Part shown: piece by piece, positions 49,580 through 59,317 of the stretch
Numbering within the stretch: position 1 is the stretch's first letter
Layout of the letters: the number at the start of each line of letters is the position of its first letter
NCBI GenBank assembly: GCA_965279515.1
Contig: CBDIID010000003.1
Coordinates: forward strand, 4,416,001-4,480,000
Source of the DNA: Turneriella sp.
GTDB taxonomy: Bacteria > Spirochaetota > Leptospiria > Turneriellales > Turneriellaceae
Length of the DNA stretch: 64,000 nucleotides
Direction: 5' to 3'
Notes under the pieces: generated by a model
Databases searched by the model: none
What the model saw: only the letters and a program-made list of their open reading frames with translations
What the model was told of the DNA's origin: nothing
Program-made: the position numbers and the translations under genes

Positions 49580-50596
49580 ATGAGTACCGGGGCGAAAACA
49601 GAATATAGCGGCAAACAAAAGGCCGCTATCTTTCTCCTCACCGTCGGGCCCGATGTGGCCTCCGACATCATGAAGCGGCTCTCGGAAGCCGAGGTCGACA
49701 CGTTAACCTACGAGATCGCGCGTCTCGATAAGATTCGTCCGGAAGACAAAGAGAAGGTACTCCAGGAATTCCAAGAGCTGATGATGGCTCAGGAATTCAT
49801 CTCGCGCGGTGGTATCGACCAGGCGCGGGCGATTCTCGAGAAAGCCCTGGGTACACAGAAGGCGATCGACATTGTCAATCGACTGACCTCTTCACTGCAG
49901 GTTCGTCCCTTTGACTTTGTACGCCGGCAAGACCCTGCACAGCTGCTCAACTTTATCCAGAACGAGCACCCGCAGACGATTGCCCTCATTCTCTCATACC
50001 TCGATGCGCCTAAATCGGCGCTCATCATGAGTTCGTTGCCGCACCAGATACAGGCCGACGTTACCCGCCGTATTGCGAAAATGGACCGTACCTCGCCGGA
50101 AGTCCTGCGTGAGGTCGAGCGCGTTCTCGAACGTAAGCTCTCTACACTCTCGAACGAAGACTATACCATGGCCGGCGGTGTCGACGTGGTGGTCGAGGTC
50201 CTGAACAACGTCGACCGTTCGACGGAAAAGTCGATCATCGAAGCTCTCGAAGAAGAAGATCCGGAACTCGCAGAAGAGATCAAGAAGAAGATGTTCGTGT
50301 TCGAGGATATCGTACTTCTCGACGACAAGGCAATCCAGAAGGTTCTGCGCGAACTCGACAACCAGGATCTCGCGAAGGCCCTCAAGGCCGTCGATACCGA
50401 GGTCCAGGAAAAGATCTTCCGCAACATGTCAAAACGTGCGGCTGCGCTGCTCCGCGAAGATATGGAGTTCATGGGCCCGATTCGCCTCAAAGACGTGGAA
50501 GAGGCGCAGCAGAAGATTGTGAATATCATACGTAAACTCGAGGAAGACGGGGAGATCGTCGTGGCCCGTGCAGGTGAAGATGAACTCGTTCAATAA
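49580..50596 (+). CDS. fliG: Motor switch protein FliG
   Basis: QKAAIFLL, EHPQTIALILS, MFVFEDI and GPIRLKDVEEAQQKIV. Confidence 0.98.
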   Translation: MSTGAKTEYSGKQKAAIFLLTVGPDVASDIMKRLSEAEVDTLTYEIARLDKIRPEDKEKVLQEFQELMMAQEFISRGGIDQARAILEKALGTQKAIDIVNRLTSSLQVRPFDFVRRQDPAQLLNFIQNEHPQTIALILSYLDAPKSALIMSSLPHQIQADVTRRIAKMDRTSPEVLREVERVLERKLSTLSNEDYTMAGGVDVVVEVLNNVDRSTEKSIIEALEEEDPELAEEIKKKMFVFEDIVLLDDKAIQKVLRELDNQDLAKALKAVDTEVQEKIFRNMSKRAAALLREDMEFMGPIRLKDVEEAQQKIVNIIRKLEEDGEIVVARAGEDELVQ

Positions 50597-50617
50597 TGGG
50601 TTGGGGGATGTCGATAA
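50590..50617 (+). promoter_or_regulatory. sigma28-like internal promoter upstream of fliH
   Basis: TCAA-N16-GTCGATAA versus consensus TAAA-N15/16-GCCGATAA. Confidence 0.4.
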
Positions 50618-50620
50618 TCG

Positions 50621-50659
50621 TACATGTGATTTGTGCCCGAAGGGTACAAATCACATGTA
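50621..50659. repeat. 18-bp intergenic hairpin between fliG and fliH
   Basis: TACATGTGATTTGTGCCC-GAA-GGGTACAAATCACATGTA (one G-U pair). Confidence 0.85.
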
Positions 50660-50672
50660 TATAAACTGAATT

Positions 50673-51596
50673 ATGTCACGTCTGGTATTCAATAACAACG
50701 AGATTTCGAAGCAGAGCTCTGCTATCGTACTCGATTTACCCGACCGCTACAAAAAATTCCAGCAGCTCGACGAACTCGCCGAGTTCGAGCTCGATGCCGA
50801 AGGCAATATTGTCGAGCAATACACCGGCCCCTCGATTGAAGAGATCGAAGCCGAGCTGCAGCGCTACCGCGAAGAGACCGAGCAGGAAATCAAGATCCGC
50901 CAGAAAGATGCGGAAAAGGAATCACAACGGATTACCGAAGACGGCAAGGCTGAAGCCTTCCGCCTGATCCAGGATGCGAAAGAAAAGGCGCGCAAAGAAG
51001 AAGAGTCGGCGCGCCTGCAGTCGAGCCAGATCATCGAGCGCGCGAAACTCGAAGTCGAGCGCATGGTCAAAGAGGCCGAGCTACGCGTTCAGGATATCAA
51101 CCACGAGGCATACCAAAAGGGTTACAATGCCGGCCGTGAGCAGGGTTATAAAGAAGGTATGGGCGAGGTTCGTCGCCTCATCGACCGTTTGGGCACAATT
51201 CTGGGCAATGCGATCGACGTGCGTGAACAGATCATTAAAGAATCTGAAAAACTCATGGTTGAGATGATCCTGATGATCGCGCGTAAGGTCATTAAAGATG
51301 AAATCATAGAACGTAAAGAAGTTGTCCTCAACAATATCCGTGAAGGTTTGGCTCGCATCAAAGAGCGCGACCGTATCGATATCCGTGTTAACTTCGCCGA
51401 CCTGGAACTCACGACAGCGCACAAAGATGAAATCGTAAAAATGATGGAATCACTGCGCAAGGTCAACATCTACGAAGATTCACGCGTCGACCGCGGCGGT
51501 GTAATCATCGAAACAGACGTCGGTGCAATCGACGCGCGTATTTCAACGCAGCTGAAAGAGATCGAACAGGCTATTCGCGACGCGAAGCCGATGTAA
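50673..51596 (+). CDS. fliH: Flagellar assembly protein FliH
   Basis: AYQKGYNAGREQGYKEG GxxxG repeats and GGVIIETDVG.IDA. Confidence 0.95.
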   Translation: MSRLVFNNNEISKQSSAIVLDLPDRYKKFQQLDELAEFELDAEGNIVEQYTGPSIEEIEAELQRYREETEQEIKIRQKDAEKESQRITEDGKAEAFRLIQDAKEKARKEEESARLQSSQIIERAKLEVERMVKEAELRVQDINHEAYQKGYNAGREQGYKEGMGEVRRLIDRLGTILGNAIDVREQIIKESEKLMVEMILMIARKVIKDEIIERKEVVLNNIREGLARIKERDRIDIRVNFADLELTTAHKDEIVKMMESLRKVNIYEDSRVDRGGVIIETDVGAIDARISTQLKEIEQAIRDAKPM

Positions 51597-51609
51597 GGTA
51601 ACAACCGAT

Positions 51610-53022
51610 ATGATCGCCAGAAACGTCAGCAAAGAAGTCAACCTCCTCGGCAAATATAGAGACATAATCCGGAAAACGGACACAATCCGCTCGCTCGGGT
51701 CGGTGCTCGAGATCCAGGGCAATGTCGTTTTGTCGAAAGGCCCCGAGGTGCGTCTCGGCGAGCTCTGCCATATTGAAGTCAATTCGACGATCGAACGTTT
51801 TACGCGCGAAGGCAAATCCAAAGAAGAAAGTTATATTCTCGCCGAAGTCGTCGGCTTCCGCGAAAGTACGGTGATACTCGCGCCGCTCGAAAAAATTGTC
51901 GGTGTTTCACCCGGCAGCCGCGTGGTTTCGACAGGCAACATGCCGTCGGTATCGCTGACGCATGAAGTACTGGGTCGTGTCATCGACGGCATGGGGCGAC
52001 CGATCGACAGCAAAGGTATGCTCGTTGAAGGCGAGAGCCGCGGCCTCTATGGCGATCCACCGGATCCATTGTCGCGCCCGCTTATCCGCACACCGCTGAC
52101 AACGGGCGTGAAGGCGATCGATGCGCTGCTGACCCTGGGGCAGGGACAGCGGATCGGAATTTTCGCGGGTTCTGGTGTCGGTAAGTCGACGCTCCTCGGC
52201 ATGATTGCCAAATATTCCACGGCCGATGTCAACGTCATCGCGCTCATCGGCGAGCGGGGCCGCGAGGTGAATGAATTTATCCAGGAGCAGTTGGGCGAGA
52301 GTGGACGCAAAAAATCCGTTATCATCGCTTCGATCGCGTCTGAGTCGCCGATGAACCGCGTGCGCGCGGGTTATCTCGCAACAACAATCGCTGAATATTT
52401 TCGCGATCAAGGCAAGAATGTTTTACTGATGATGGACTCGGTAACGCGCTTGGCACATGCACAGCGGGAAATTGGCCTCAGCCGTGGCGAACCTGCTACC
52501 ACACGGGGATATCCCCCTTCGGTGTTTTCATTAATACCAGGGATTATGGAACGTGCCGGCACGAGCCCTAAAGGTTCGATCACGGGAGTTTATACGATTC
52601 TTGTCGAGGGCGATGATATGAACGAGCCGATCGCCGACACCGCGCGCGGCGTACTCGACGGCCATATTACACTTTCGCGCCGGCTCAACAGCCAGAACCA
52701 ATACCCGGCCATCGACATCGCCGAATCGATCAGCCGTACCATGCCGAATGTCATTGATAAAGAACATCTGCGCCAGGCGCAGGAATTCCGCGAGATCTAT
52801 ACGGCTTATAAAGAGAACGAAGAAACCATCAACCTTGGCGCCTATGCCCGCGGCGCAGACCCTGTCATCGATAATGCTATTTTGCTGCGCGAGCCGATGA
52901 AAAAATTTCTGCGCCAGACCCCAGACGAACAGGTTTCGTTCGAAGATACGCGGCGGCTGCTGCGTGAGGCCATGTCGGGCCTTCGCGCGCGGCCGACGGC
53001 GCAGGTCAGAAGGGGCGCGTAA
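51610..53022 (+). CDS. fliI: Flagellar export ATPase FliI
   Basis: GIFAGSGVGKST, IGERGREV, LLMMDSVTR and GVLDGHI.LSR. Confidence 0.97.
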   Translation: MIARNVSKEVNLLGKYRDIIRKTDTIRSLGSVLEIQGNVVLSKGPEVRLGELCHIEVNSTIERFTREGKSKEESYILAEVVGFRESTVILAPLEKIVGVSPGSRVVSTGNMPSVSLTHEVLGRVIDGMGRPIDSKGMLVEGESRGLYGDPPDPLSRPLIRTPLTTGVKAIDALLTLGQGQRIGIFAGSGVGKSTLLGMIAKYSTADVNVIALIGERGREVNEFIQEQLGESGRKKSVIIASIASESPMNRVRAGYLATTIAEYFRDQGKNVLLMMDSVTRLAHAQREIGLSRGEPATTRGYPPSVFSLIPGIMERAGTSPKGSITGVYTILVEGDDMNEPIADTARGVLDGHITLSRRLNSQNQYPAIDIAESISRTMPNVIDKEHLRQAQEFREIYTAYKENEETINLGAYARGADPVIDNAILLREPMKKFLRQTPDEQVSFEDTRRLLREAMSGLRARPTAQVRRGA

Positions 53023-53025
53023 GCC

Positions 53026-53469
53026 ATGAAGAAGTTTAAATTTGCCCTCGCAGGTTATCTCAAAGTGAAAAAGGCCAAAGAACAGGCAAAGCTCGGCGAA
53101 TTGGCACAGGTTATGCGTAAGGTGAACGTCTTCCGTGAGCAGCAACAGGCTTTTGACAGCCAGTACAGTACGATGTTGCAGGCTCAGCGCCAGGATTTTC
53201 TCGGCAAGGAGATCCCCATCACACAGCTCAGGGATATGTATGACTACCTGGGCGCGCTGAGGCAGCGCAAAGACACCGCAACGCGTAACATTGCCGCAAT
53301 GGAAGGCGAGGTTTCTGAAAAACGCACCGCCTACAACGCGGCGCGCAAAGACCGCCGCGTCATCGAAATTATCCGTGAAAGAAAGTGGACCGAACACAGG
53401 GCCGAAGTTGAAAAAGAAGAAGTGAAATTTTTAGACGAGTTTAACCAAGCAAGAAAGAGGGTGTCATGA
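53026..53469 (+). CDS. fliJ: Flagellar export protein FliJ
   Basis: MKKFKF.L...L start, coiled coil and E.K.LDE end; follows fliI. Confidence 0.88.
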   Translation: MKKFKFALAGYLKVKKAKEQAKLGELAQVMRKVNVFREQQQAFDSQYSTMLQAQRQDFLGKEIPITQLRDMYDYLGALRQRKDTATRNIAAMEGEVSEKRTAYNAARKDRRVIEIIRERKWTEHRAEVEKEEVKFLDEFNQARKRVS

Positions 53470-53660
53470 ATTATCCGATCGTAGCCAAAAAGGTATTTTC
53501 GCGTCTGAAGTTTTCTGCGCACGATGTCTGGCAGAACCTGAAAGAGCTGAAACGCAACATCAGCTGCCTGGTGCGCAATATTGACGATGTCGGTGAGTGT
53601 GTCATGCGCAACCGGCAGATTTTACAGGGCTTACATGGCAAAAAAGGAGGCGACTTATGA
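53466..53660 (+). CDS. Small hypothetical protein within the flagellar operon
   Basis: ATGA overlaps with both the fliJ stop and the flbB start; RBS GAGG. Confidence 0.65.
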   Translation: MNYPIVAKKVFSRLKFSAHDVWQNLKELKRNISCLVRNIDDVGECVMRNRQILQGLHGKKGGDL

Positions 53661-54292
53661 ACCAGAAACGTTTTATCTTATTTTTACTTTTATTAGTAGT
53701 CATCTTTTCGGGAGGTATCTTCTACGCCCTCGATGCAACGGGTATCGTGCGCGCTTCGGATATTCTGCCATTTTTGGCGCCGAAGAACCCGTTGCGCGTT
53801 GAGGACAAGGACTACCCGACGGAAGTTGAGAAAGTCGAGTTCCAGAAATGGGAACAGAAACTCATCGAGCGCGAAGAGGCATTGGCCCGCCGCGAGGGTG
53901 AGATAAAGAATAAAGAGACCGGCAGTGACGACCAGAAGCGCGAGCTCGAAGAGATGCGTAAGGCGCTGAAAGCCGAAAAGGAAAAATTTGTCGCCGCGCA
54001 GAAAGAGTGGGAAGACCGCCAGAAAAAGGTGAAAGACCTCTCTGAAAAAGTACGCAACATGCCGCCGCAAAAAGCGCAGGAGATGATGCAGAGCTGGCGC
54101 GATTTTGATATCATCGACGTCATGCGCCAGATGGACAAAGATGCCGAAGTCGAGGGCAATGCCTCGATCGTGCCGTATCTGTTAACGCTGTTTCAGCCTG
54201 ATCGCCGGGCAGAGATCACGCGCAAGATGATGCTGCCGGCCTTAACGCGGCCTGACGCTGCGGAAGAGGAAGAGGAAACCGCAGCGCAGTAA
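53657..54292 (+). CDS. flbB: Periplasmic flagellar collar protein, FlbB-like
   Basis: N-terminal TM, coiled coil and NMPP.KA...MD..A..EG..SIVPYLL motif; RBS AGGAGG; located after fliJ as in spirochetes. Confidence 0.78.
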   Translation: MNQKRFILFLLLLVVIFSGGIFYALDATGIVRASDILPFLAPKNPLRVEDKDYPTEVEKVEFQKWEQKLIEREEALARREGEIKNKETGSDDQKRELEEMRKALKAEKEKFVAAQKEWEDRQKKVKDLSEKVRNMPPQKAQEMMQSWRDFDIIDVMRQMDKDAEVEGNASIVPYLLTLFQPDRRAEITRKMMLPALTRPDAAEEEEETAAQ

Positions 54293-54293
54293 G

Positions 54294-54653
54294 TTACCAG
54301 CCCGAGCCGCCGCCGGATGAAGTCGCCGTTATCGTGGGCGCACTGCCGGCGAGGATTGTTATCGTATTTGTTTGGTTTGCCGTCAAAATAACCGCGCCGG
54401 TATTACAACCGTTGCTGCACGTTACGTTCGAAGAACCAGAAAAAGAAATTTCCTGAGAGGCGCTCGTTGTGTTTCCCGTTAGCGTCGAAAACGTCACCGT
54501 TTTTGAGGTGTCAGCGGCATTGGTTACGGTGACCGTCGTGACAGTCGAAGCGTTTGTATTATTGATGGCCAGCCGTGTCGGGCTGGTCGAGGAATCGGTT
54601 TTGTTTGCACAAACCAGCATGAGTAGGGTTAGCGCGAGGCTGAGGTATTTCAT
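54294..54653 (-). CDS. Small Thr/Ser/Asn-rich lipoprotein
   Basis: MKYLSLALTLLMLVC signal/lipobox, beta-rich body and CSNGC. Confidence 0.7.
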   Translation of the reverse strand: MKYLSLALTLLMLVCANKTDSSTSPTRLAINNTNASTVTTVTVTNAADTSKTVTFSTLTGNTTSASQEISFSGSSNVTCSNGCNTGAVILTANQTNTITILAGSAPTITATSSGGGSGW

Positions 54654-54775
54654 AGGTATTCGATAACCGTTGAGCGAATCGCTTCCGTCAAGCGAATTCA
54701 GTTTACGCGGCGATATTTCACTGACGCAGTGTTCACGCAGTCTTGACGCCATTGTCGGCCCCCCCAAACGAGCCC

Positions 54776-56143
54776 ATGCTTGATAACGCGACGGTAGAAG
54801 GCCTCATTGCCCGTTACAATTCTCCCGTTCCGCGCTACACATCGTATCCCACTGCGCTTGAGTTCGTTCCGCTTGCCGACGCGGCGCTGCTCGACAGCTA
54901 CCGCAAATGCGAGCCGGGGCGCCCGGTCAGTGTCTATGTGCACCTGCCGTTCTGTGAAAATCTCTGCCTCTATTGCGGGTGTAATGTGCTGCTGTCACGG
55001 AAGAAAGAAGTGCTCGATGAGTATATCCCCCTGTTGCTCAAAGAGTTTGAAGTCAAGACCGACATCATGGAATTTCGGCCGAAGGTCAGCCAGCTGCACT
55101 TTGGCGGAGGCACGCCGAATTTTCTGCGGCTCTCTGACTGGAATGCGATCTTCACAAAATTGCGCGAGCGCTTCGAATTTACCGCCGACGCGGAAATTTC
55201 TGTAGAGCTCGATCCGATGTATATCGACGATGGTTACCTGGCGCACCTGCGCTCCCTCGGCATGAACCGAGTGAGTTATGGTGTGCAAGATGTGACGCCG
55301 CAGGTGCTCGAGGCCGTCAACCGTCCCCAGGATATCCAGCGCATACGCGATGTCGTTGCCGAAAGCCGCGCCGTGGGATTTTCATCAGTGAACATCGATC
55401 TCATTTACGGTCTGCCGCACCAGACGCTCGAAAGTTACCGGGCGAACCTGGAATTTGTCGGCGACATTCGCCCGGATCGTATTGCGCTTTTCAGCTATGC
55501 GCACGTTCCGTGGCTCAAGCACCACCAGCGGCGTATGGACGAAAAAACACTGACGCAGGCCGCAGAAAAACTCAGGATCTACCTTGCTGCGCGCGAACAT
55601 TTTGCTTCGCTGGGTTATGAGCAGATCGGCATGGACCATTTTGGCCTGAAAGGCGATACCCTCACGCGCGCCTTTCACGAAAAAACGCTGCACCGCAACT
55701 TCATGGGTTATACCACGCAAAAGACGCTCGACATGCTGGCATTCGGCACGAGTGCAATCGGTTTTGTTTCCGGTGTTTTCATGCAGAACCATCTGAAACT
55801 CTCGGGCTACCGCAATGCAGTGACGACGGGCAAGGCCTGGTTTGAAAAGGGGTTCATCATGTCTGATGAGGATCGCCTGCGGTACGAAGTCATCACCTCG
55901 CTTATGGCCAATTTTGCCGTGAACTTTGCCGCAATCGAAAATGAATTTGGTATTGTTTTCGCCGAGCACTTTGCAGCGGAGCTAAAGCGCCTTCAGGATT
56001 TTGCAGCCGATGGCCACGGTGTTTTAACGCCGACGGGATTCGAAGCCACGGCCACGGGTGGTTTCATCATACGCCACATCGCCTCTGTTTTCGACGCTTA
56101 CCGCAAGGCGAGCGAGCAGAAGGCATTTTCGAAGGCGATTTAA
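54776..56143 (+). CDS. hemN: Oxygen-independent coproporphyrinogen III oxidase
   Basis: PRYTSYPTA, radical SAM motif CENLCLYC, HFGGGTP and LHRNFMGYT. Confidence 0.96.
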   Translation: MLDNATVEGLIARYNSPVPRYTSYPTALEFVPLADAALLDSYRKCEPGRPVSVYVHLPFCENLCLYCGCNVLLSRKKEVLDEYIPLLLKEFEVKTDIMEFRPKVSQLHFGGGTPNFLRLSDWNAIFTKLRERFEFTADAEISVELDPMYIDDGYLAHLRSLGMNRVSYGVQDVTPQVLEAVNRPQDIQRIRDVVAESRAVGFSSVNIDLIYGLPHQTLESYRANLEFVGDIRPDRIALFSYAHVPWLKHHQRRMDEKTLTQAAEKLRIYLAAREHFASLGYEQIGMDHFGLKGDTLTRAFHEKTLHRNFMGYTTQKTLDMLAFGTSAIGFVSGVFMQNHLKLSGYRNAVTTGKAWFEKGFIMSDEDRLRYEVITSLMANFAVNFAAIENEFGIVFAEHFAAELKRLQDFAADGHGVLTPTGFEATATGGFIIRHIASVFDAYRKASEQKAFSKAI

Positions 56144-56155
56144 GCCGGTTGCGCA

Positions 56156-58513
56156 TCAGGCGCTGAGTAATTTTTCGAGTTCGGAAAAATTCACCGGCTT
56201 TGGGACAATGGCATCAAACCCCGCTTCCTTAATTCTGACAATATCGTCGGGCATGACGTTCGCGGTGACAGCGATCAGTATTTTGCGCTGTGTCTTTTCC
56301 TTTTTTTCCGCGGTACGTACATTGCGCGCGATATCTGTGCCGCTGAGGCCAGGCATCTTGATATCGAGTAAGAGCAGATCGTAGGTTTCCCGGGCAAGCT
56401 CAACCATGGCCATATCGCCATCGGCAACGGCATTAAACCCATAGCCCGCATTTTCAAGAAAAGTACAGAGAATAAGCCGTGAGATTTCATCGTCTTCCGC
56501 AACCAGAATCTTACGGTGCTTTTGCCCGTCGGCGATGGGGATGCCCGGCGGCACGGCCTCGGGTGCGGCGGTGCGCTCCACGCGAATCGTAAAACTGAAG
56601 GTGCTGCCTTTGTCAGGTTCGCTTAAAAGCGTCAGGTGTCCGCCCATAAACGCGACGAGGCGCCGCGCAATAGTTAGTCCCAACCCAGTACCCTGATTGG
56701 CCATTTTATCCTGTGAGCGCGCCTGGTAGAATTCTTCAAAGATTTTTCTCTGCTCATCTTCCGGAATGCCAATCCCTGAATCCGCAACCGAAAAAGTCAG
56801 CAGTTCATGCCGGGTACCGTCGGGCTGAGCCTTACAGCCAATCACAATATGACCTTTTTCGGTAAACTTCAGCGCATTGCCGATCAGGTTCATGATTACC
56901 TGCTTCAGGCGGAATTCATCGGTAAGGATAAATTCCGGGATATTGCCCTCAAGATTTTGTCTCAGGGCGATTCCTTTGCGGTTGACCGGTCCGGAAAATA
57001 ACTGTAGCATGGATTCTATCAACCGGGGTAAATTTACCGGGGTATGGTGCAGTTTAAAGCTGTCCGCGGAAATACGCCCAAGGTCGAGGATATCGTTGAT
57101 GAGGTTGAGCAGTACATCGCAGCCATGCCGCATGGCAGAAATCCGCTGCAGCGTTTCCGGTTCACGCAGCGTGCTTTCCATGAGCTGCAAATTACCGTAT
57201 ATAGCGTTCAAGGGTGTACGCAGTTCGTGGCTGATTGTGGAAAAGAATACGTTTCGGGCCCGGCTGTCGGCCTCAATGCGTCGCTTTTCGAGAGCTATTC
57301 TGCGTACGCTGAGCCCCAGCGCGATTCCCATAAAAATCAAAAAGGCTGCGAGGGCGTAGGTGGCAAAGTACCCTGTCTCAATGGTATTACGGTTGTGCAG
57401 GTAATCGTTGACGACCGCGGCGGCGAGAATCAGAAACCCGGGAAGAAATATCAGACCATCGCGGTCCTTTGCAATCAGGCGATCCATGAGCATGAAGAAA
57501 ACGAGGCTGGTGTTAACGAACATGAATATCACTGCCACCGGATAAATTTCGGTATAAACACGGGCAGGTGTCAGCGCGATGATCGCTAAAAAAAGCAAAC
57601 CGATTGCCTGGACGATTCTGAAGGGCACATAGAATATCAACCGCCGGCCTGAGAAAAAATGCGCATAGAATGTGCTCACCAGCAGCGGCGGGGCTGCGAC
57701 GAACGTGACATATTCGATCGCGTAATTGGCGTGGAAGGAAAAATCGGGAAACAAATGGACCAGCGTGCGCTGCCCGGTTAATATCGCCCGCATTGCGGTC
57801 ACAAGGCTAAGCAGGCTGAAATAGACCAATTCGGGCCTGCGCAATGTGCCGAGGTAGAGCGCGAAAAAAAGAAACGCCATCCCCATGTAGAGGCCGAATT
57901 CTGCCCACGCGGCGGCAAAATCGATGCGCCAATTTTTCGAAGCAGTGCGTCCCTGCAAAACCTGCGGTGATTTCCAAAGGCCGCCGTTGCGGTGGTGAAA
58001 ATTCGCCACCTGTATCACGACGCGCAGCTCCGCAGGAGTATCATGTAATTCCACTGTTTCGGGATAGAGCTGCGGGGTAGTCGATACAGAATCGCTTCCG
58101 GGGTTTCCCACCGCTGTCAGCAAGCGGCCATTTACAAATAACCGGTACGCGCTATGGATGTTGGGTAGGTAAAAGGAAATCGCTTCTTGCGAGGGATCCA
58201 ATAGTATGCGTAAGGAATACGTTCCATAACCGTCGGCGGAAAATGAAAGCGGGGAATTTTGTTTTCCATTCCAGCCTCCAGGCACAAGAATGCGCTGGCT
58301 TCGCTTTTCAGAGGAGGTATCTTTTCCCGGTGACAAAAAACTTTTGGGAAAAAACAACCACTCGCCGTTCAGAAAAAAACCCCGGGATGTCCATGCTTGT
58401 CCCCGGAGATCGAGGATACCATTCTGGGCCAGCGGCGGATTTTTTGCCGCGGAACACCCTACGAACAGGATTACAACCAGGGAAAAGAGGAGTGATCTGA
58501 TCAACCGTCCCAT
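56156..58513 (-). CDS. Hybrid sensor histidine kinase (7TM-DISM input, HisKA, HATPase, REC)
   Basis: G.LDL...L.GEW extracellular domain, TM region, SHELRTPL, NLIGNALKFT, DSGIGI, GTGLGL and AEDD...DIKMP. Confidence 0.93.
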   Translation of the reverse strand: MGRLIRSLLFSLVVILFVGCSAAKNPPLAQNGILDLRGQAWTSRGFFLNGEWLFFPKSFLSPGKDTSSEKRSQRILVPGGWNGKQNSPLSFSADGYGTYSLRILLDPSQEAISFYLPNIHSAYRLFVNGRLLTAVGNPGSDSVSTTPQLYPETVELHDTPAELRVVIQVANFHHRNGGLWKSPQVLQGRTASKNWRIDFAAAWAEFGLYMGMAFLFFALYLGTLRRPELVYFSLLSLVTAMRAILTGQRTLVHLFPDFSFHANYAIEYVTFVAAPPLLVSTFYAHFFSGRRLIFYVPFRIVQAIGLLFLAIIALTPARVYTEIYPVAVIFMFVNTSLVFFMLMDRLIAKDRDGLIFLPGFLILAAAVVNDYLHNRNTIETGYFATYALAAFLIFMGIALGLSVRRIALEKRRIEADSRARNVFFSTISHELRTPLNAIYGNLQLMESTLREPETLQRISAMRHGCDVLLNLINDILDLGRISADSFKLHHTPVNLPRLIESMLQLFSGPVNRKGIALRQNLEGNIPEFILTDEFRLKQVIMNLIGNALKFTEKGHIVIGCKAQPDGTRHELLTFSVADSGIGIPEDEQRKIFEEFYQARSQDKMANQGTGLGLTIARRLVAFMGGHLTLLSEPDKGSTFSFTIRVERTAAPEAVPPGIPIADGQKHRKILVAEDDEISRLILCTFLENAGYGFNAVADGDMAMVELARETYDLLLLDIKMPGLSGTDIARNVRTAEKKEKTQRKILIAVTANVMPDDIVRIKEAGFDAIVPKPVNFSELEKLLSA

Positions 58514-58585
58514 AGCGCTCTAACCGGCTATCGGTGATTTGTGGCCATGCCGTAAATGCCGTTACCGCCCGGCGGACAAGGCGGC

Positions 58586-59215
58586 TTAAGCTGCGACGTG
58601 TGATTTACAGCCGGTGAGAACCTTTTCTGCCGCTTTATAATTGCGGTCGGCCATGTATGCCAAAGCCACACTGAGTGCCTGCTGCACAGTTTGAATCGGG
58701 TCTGTTGAGGGTTTGAGAACCGCATTCTTTGCGATGAAGGCGCGCGCATTCGCCAGGTTGCCGAATTTCTGCTCGACCAGCGCATCAAAGCTCATGAGCT
58801 GCGGCACGCCGTTGCGGTGGCGTATGAAGCCTAAAATCTTTTCTGCTTCGTCGAGTTGATTCAGGTGGATCAGCGCTTGCGCGGCGGTCAGTAGCGTAGC
58901 CGTCGGCAGCTTTTCACGCTCCTTAGGCGCCAGGCTGAAGAGGTATTCGCGTATCAGTGCATGTTTTTCAAGGCGCATCGCGCAGTCGATGGCGAGAGCA
59001 ATGGCCTCGGCATCGGGCTCAGCGTTTTTTGCGAAGGCCAGGTAGTGAGAATAACACTCGAGGGACTTCGCCGGTTTGCCGCGGCGGATATAGTAGGCGG
59101 AGGCATACTTAAAGGCGGCGGCATCCCGGGCCGACAAGGCTTCCCCGGTGAGATAGCCCTCGATTTGGGTAAATGCCCGTGCATGTTCGAGTTGCTTCAG
59201 TGCCATAACGTCCAT
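58586..59215 (-). CDS. Hypothetical alpha-helical (TPR-like) protein
   Basis: 209 aa Ala/Leu-rich helices with TPR-like spacing. Confidence 0.6.
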   Translation of the reverse strand: MDVMALKQLEHARAFTQIEGYLTGEALSARDAAAFKYASAYYIRRGKPAKSLECYSHYLAFAKNAEPDAEAIALAIDCAMRLEKHALIREYLFSLAPKEREKLPTATLLTAAQALIHLNQLDEAEKILGFIRHRNGVPQLMSFDALVEQKFGNLANARAFIAKNAVLKPSTDPIQTVQQALSVALAYMADRNYKAAEKVLTGCKSHVAA

Positions 59216-59317
59216 GGTTCATTATCGGAAATTTCGCAAAAAGCCTGCGTTTTTTCGGGCCTTCCCACTGTTGATTCTGTTTGACCGATCGATGTGACAT
59301 AATATTCTGGGCGAAAG

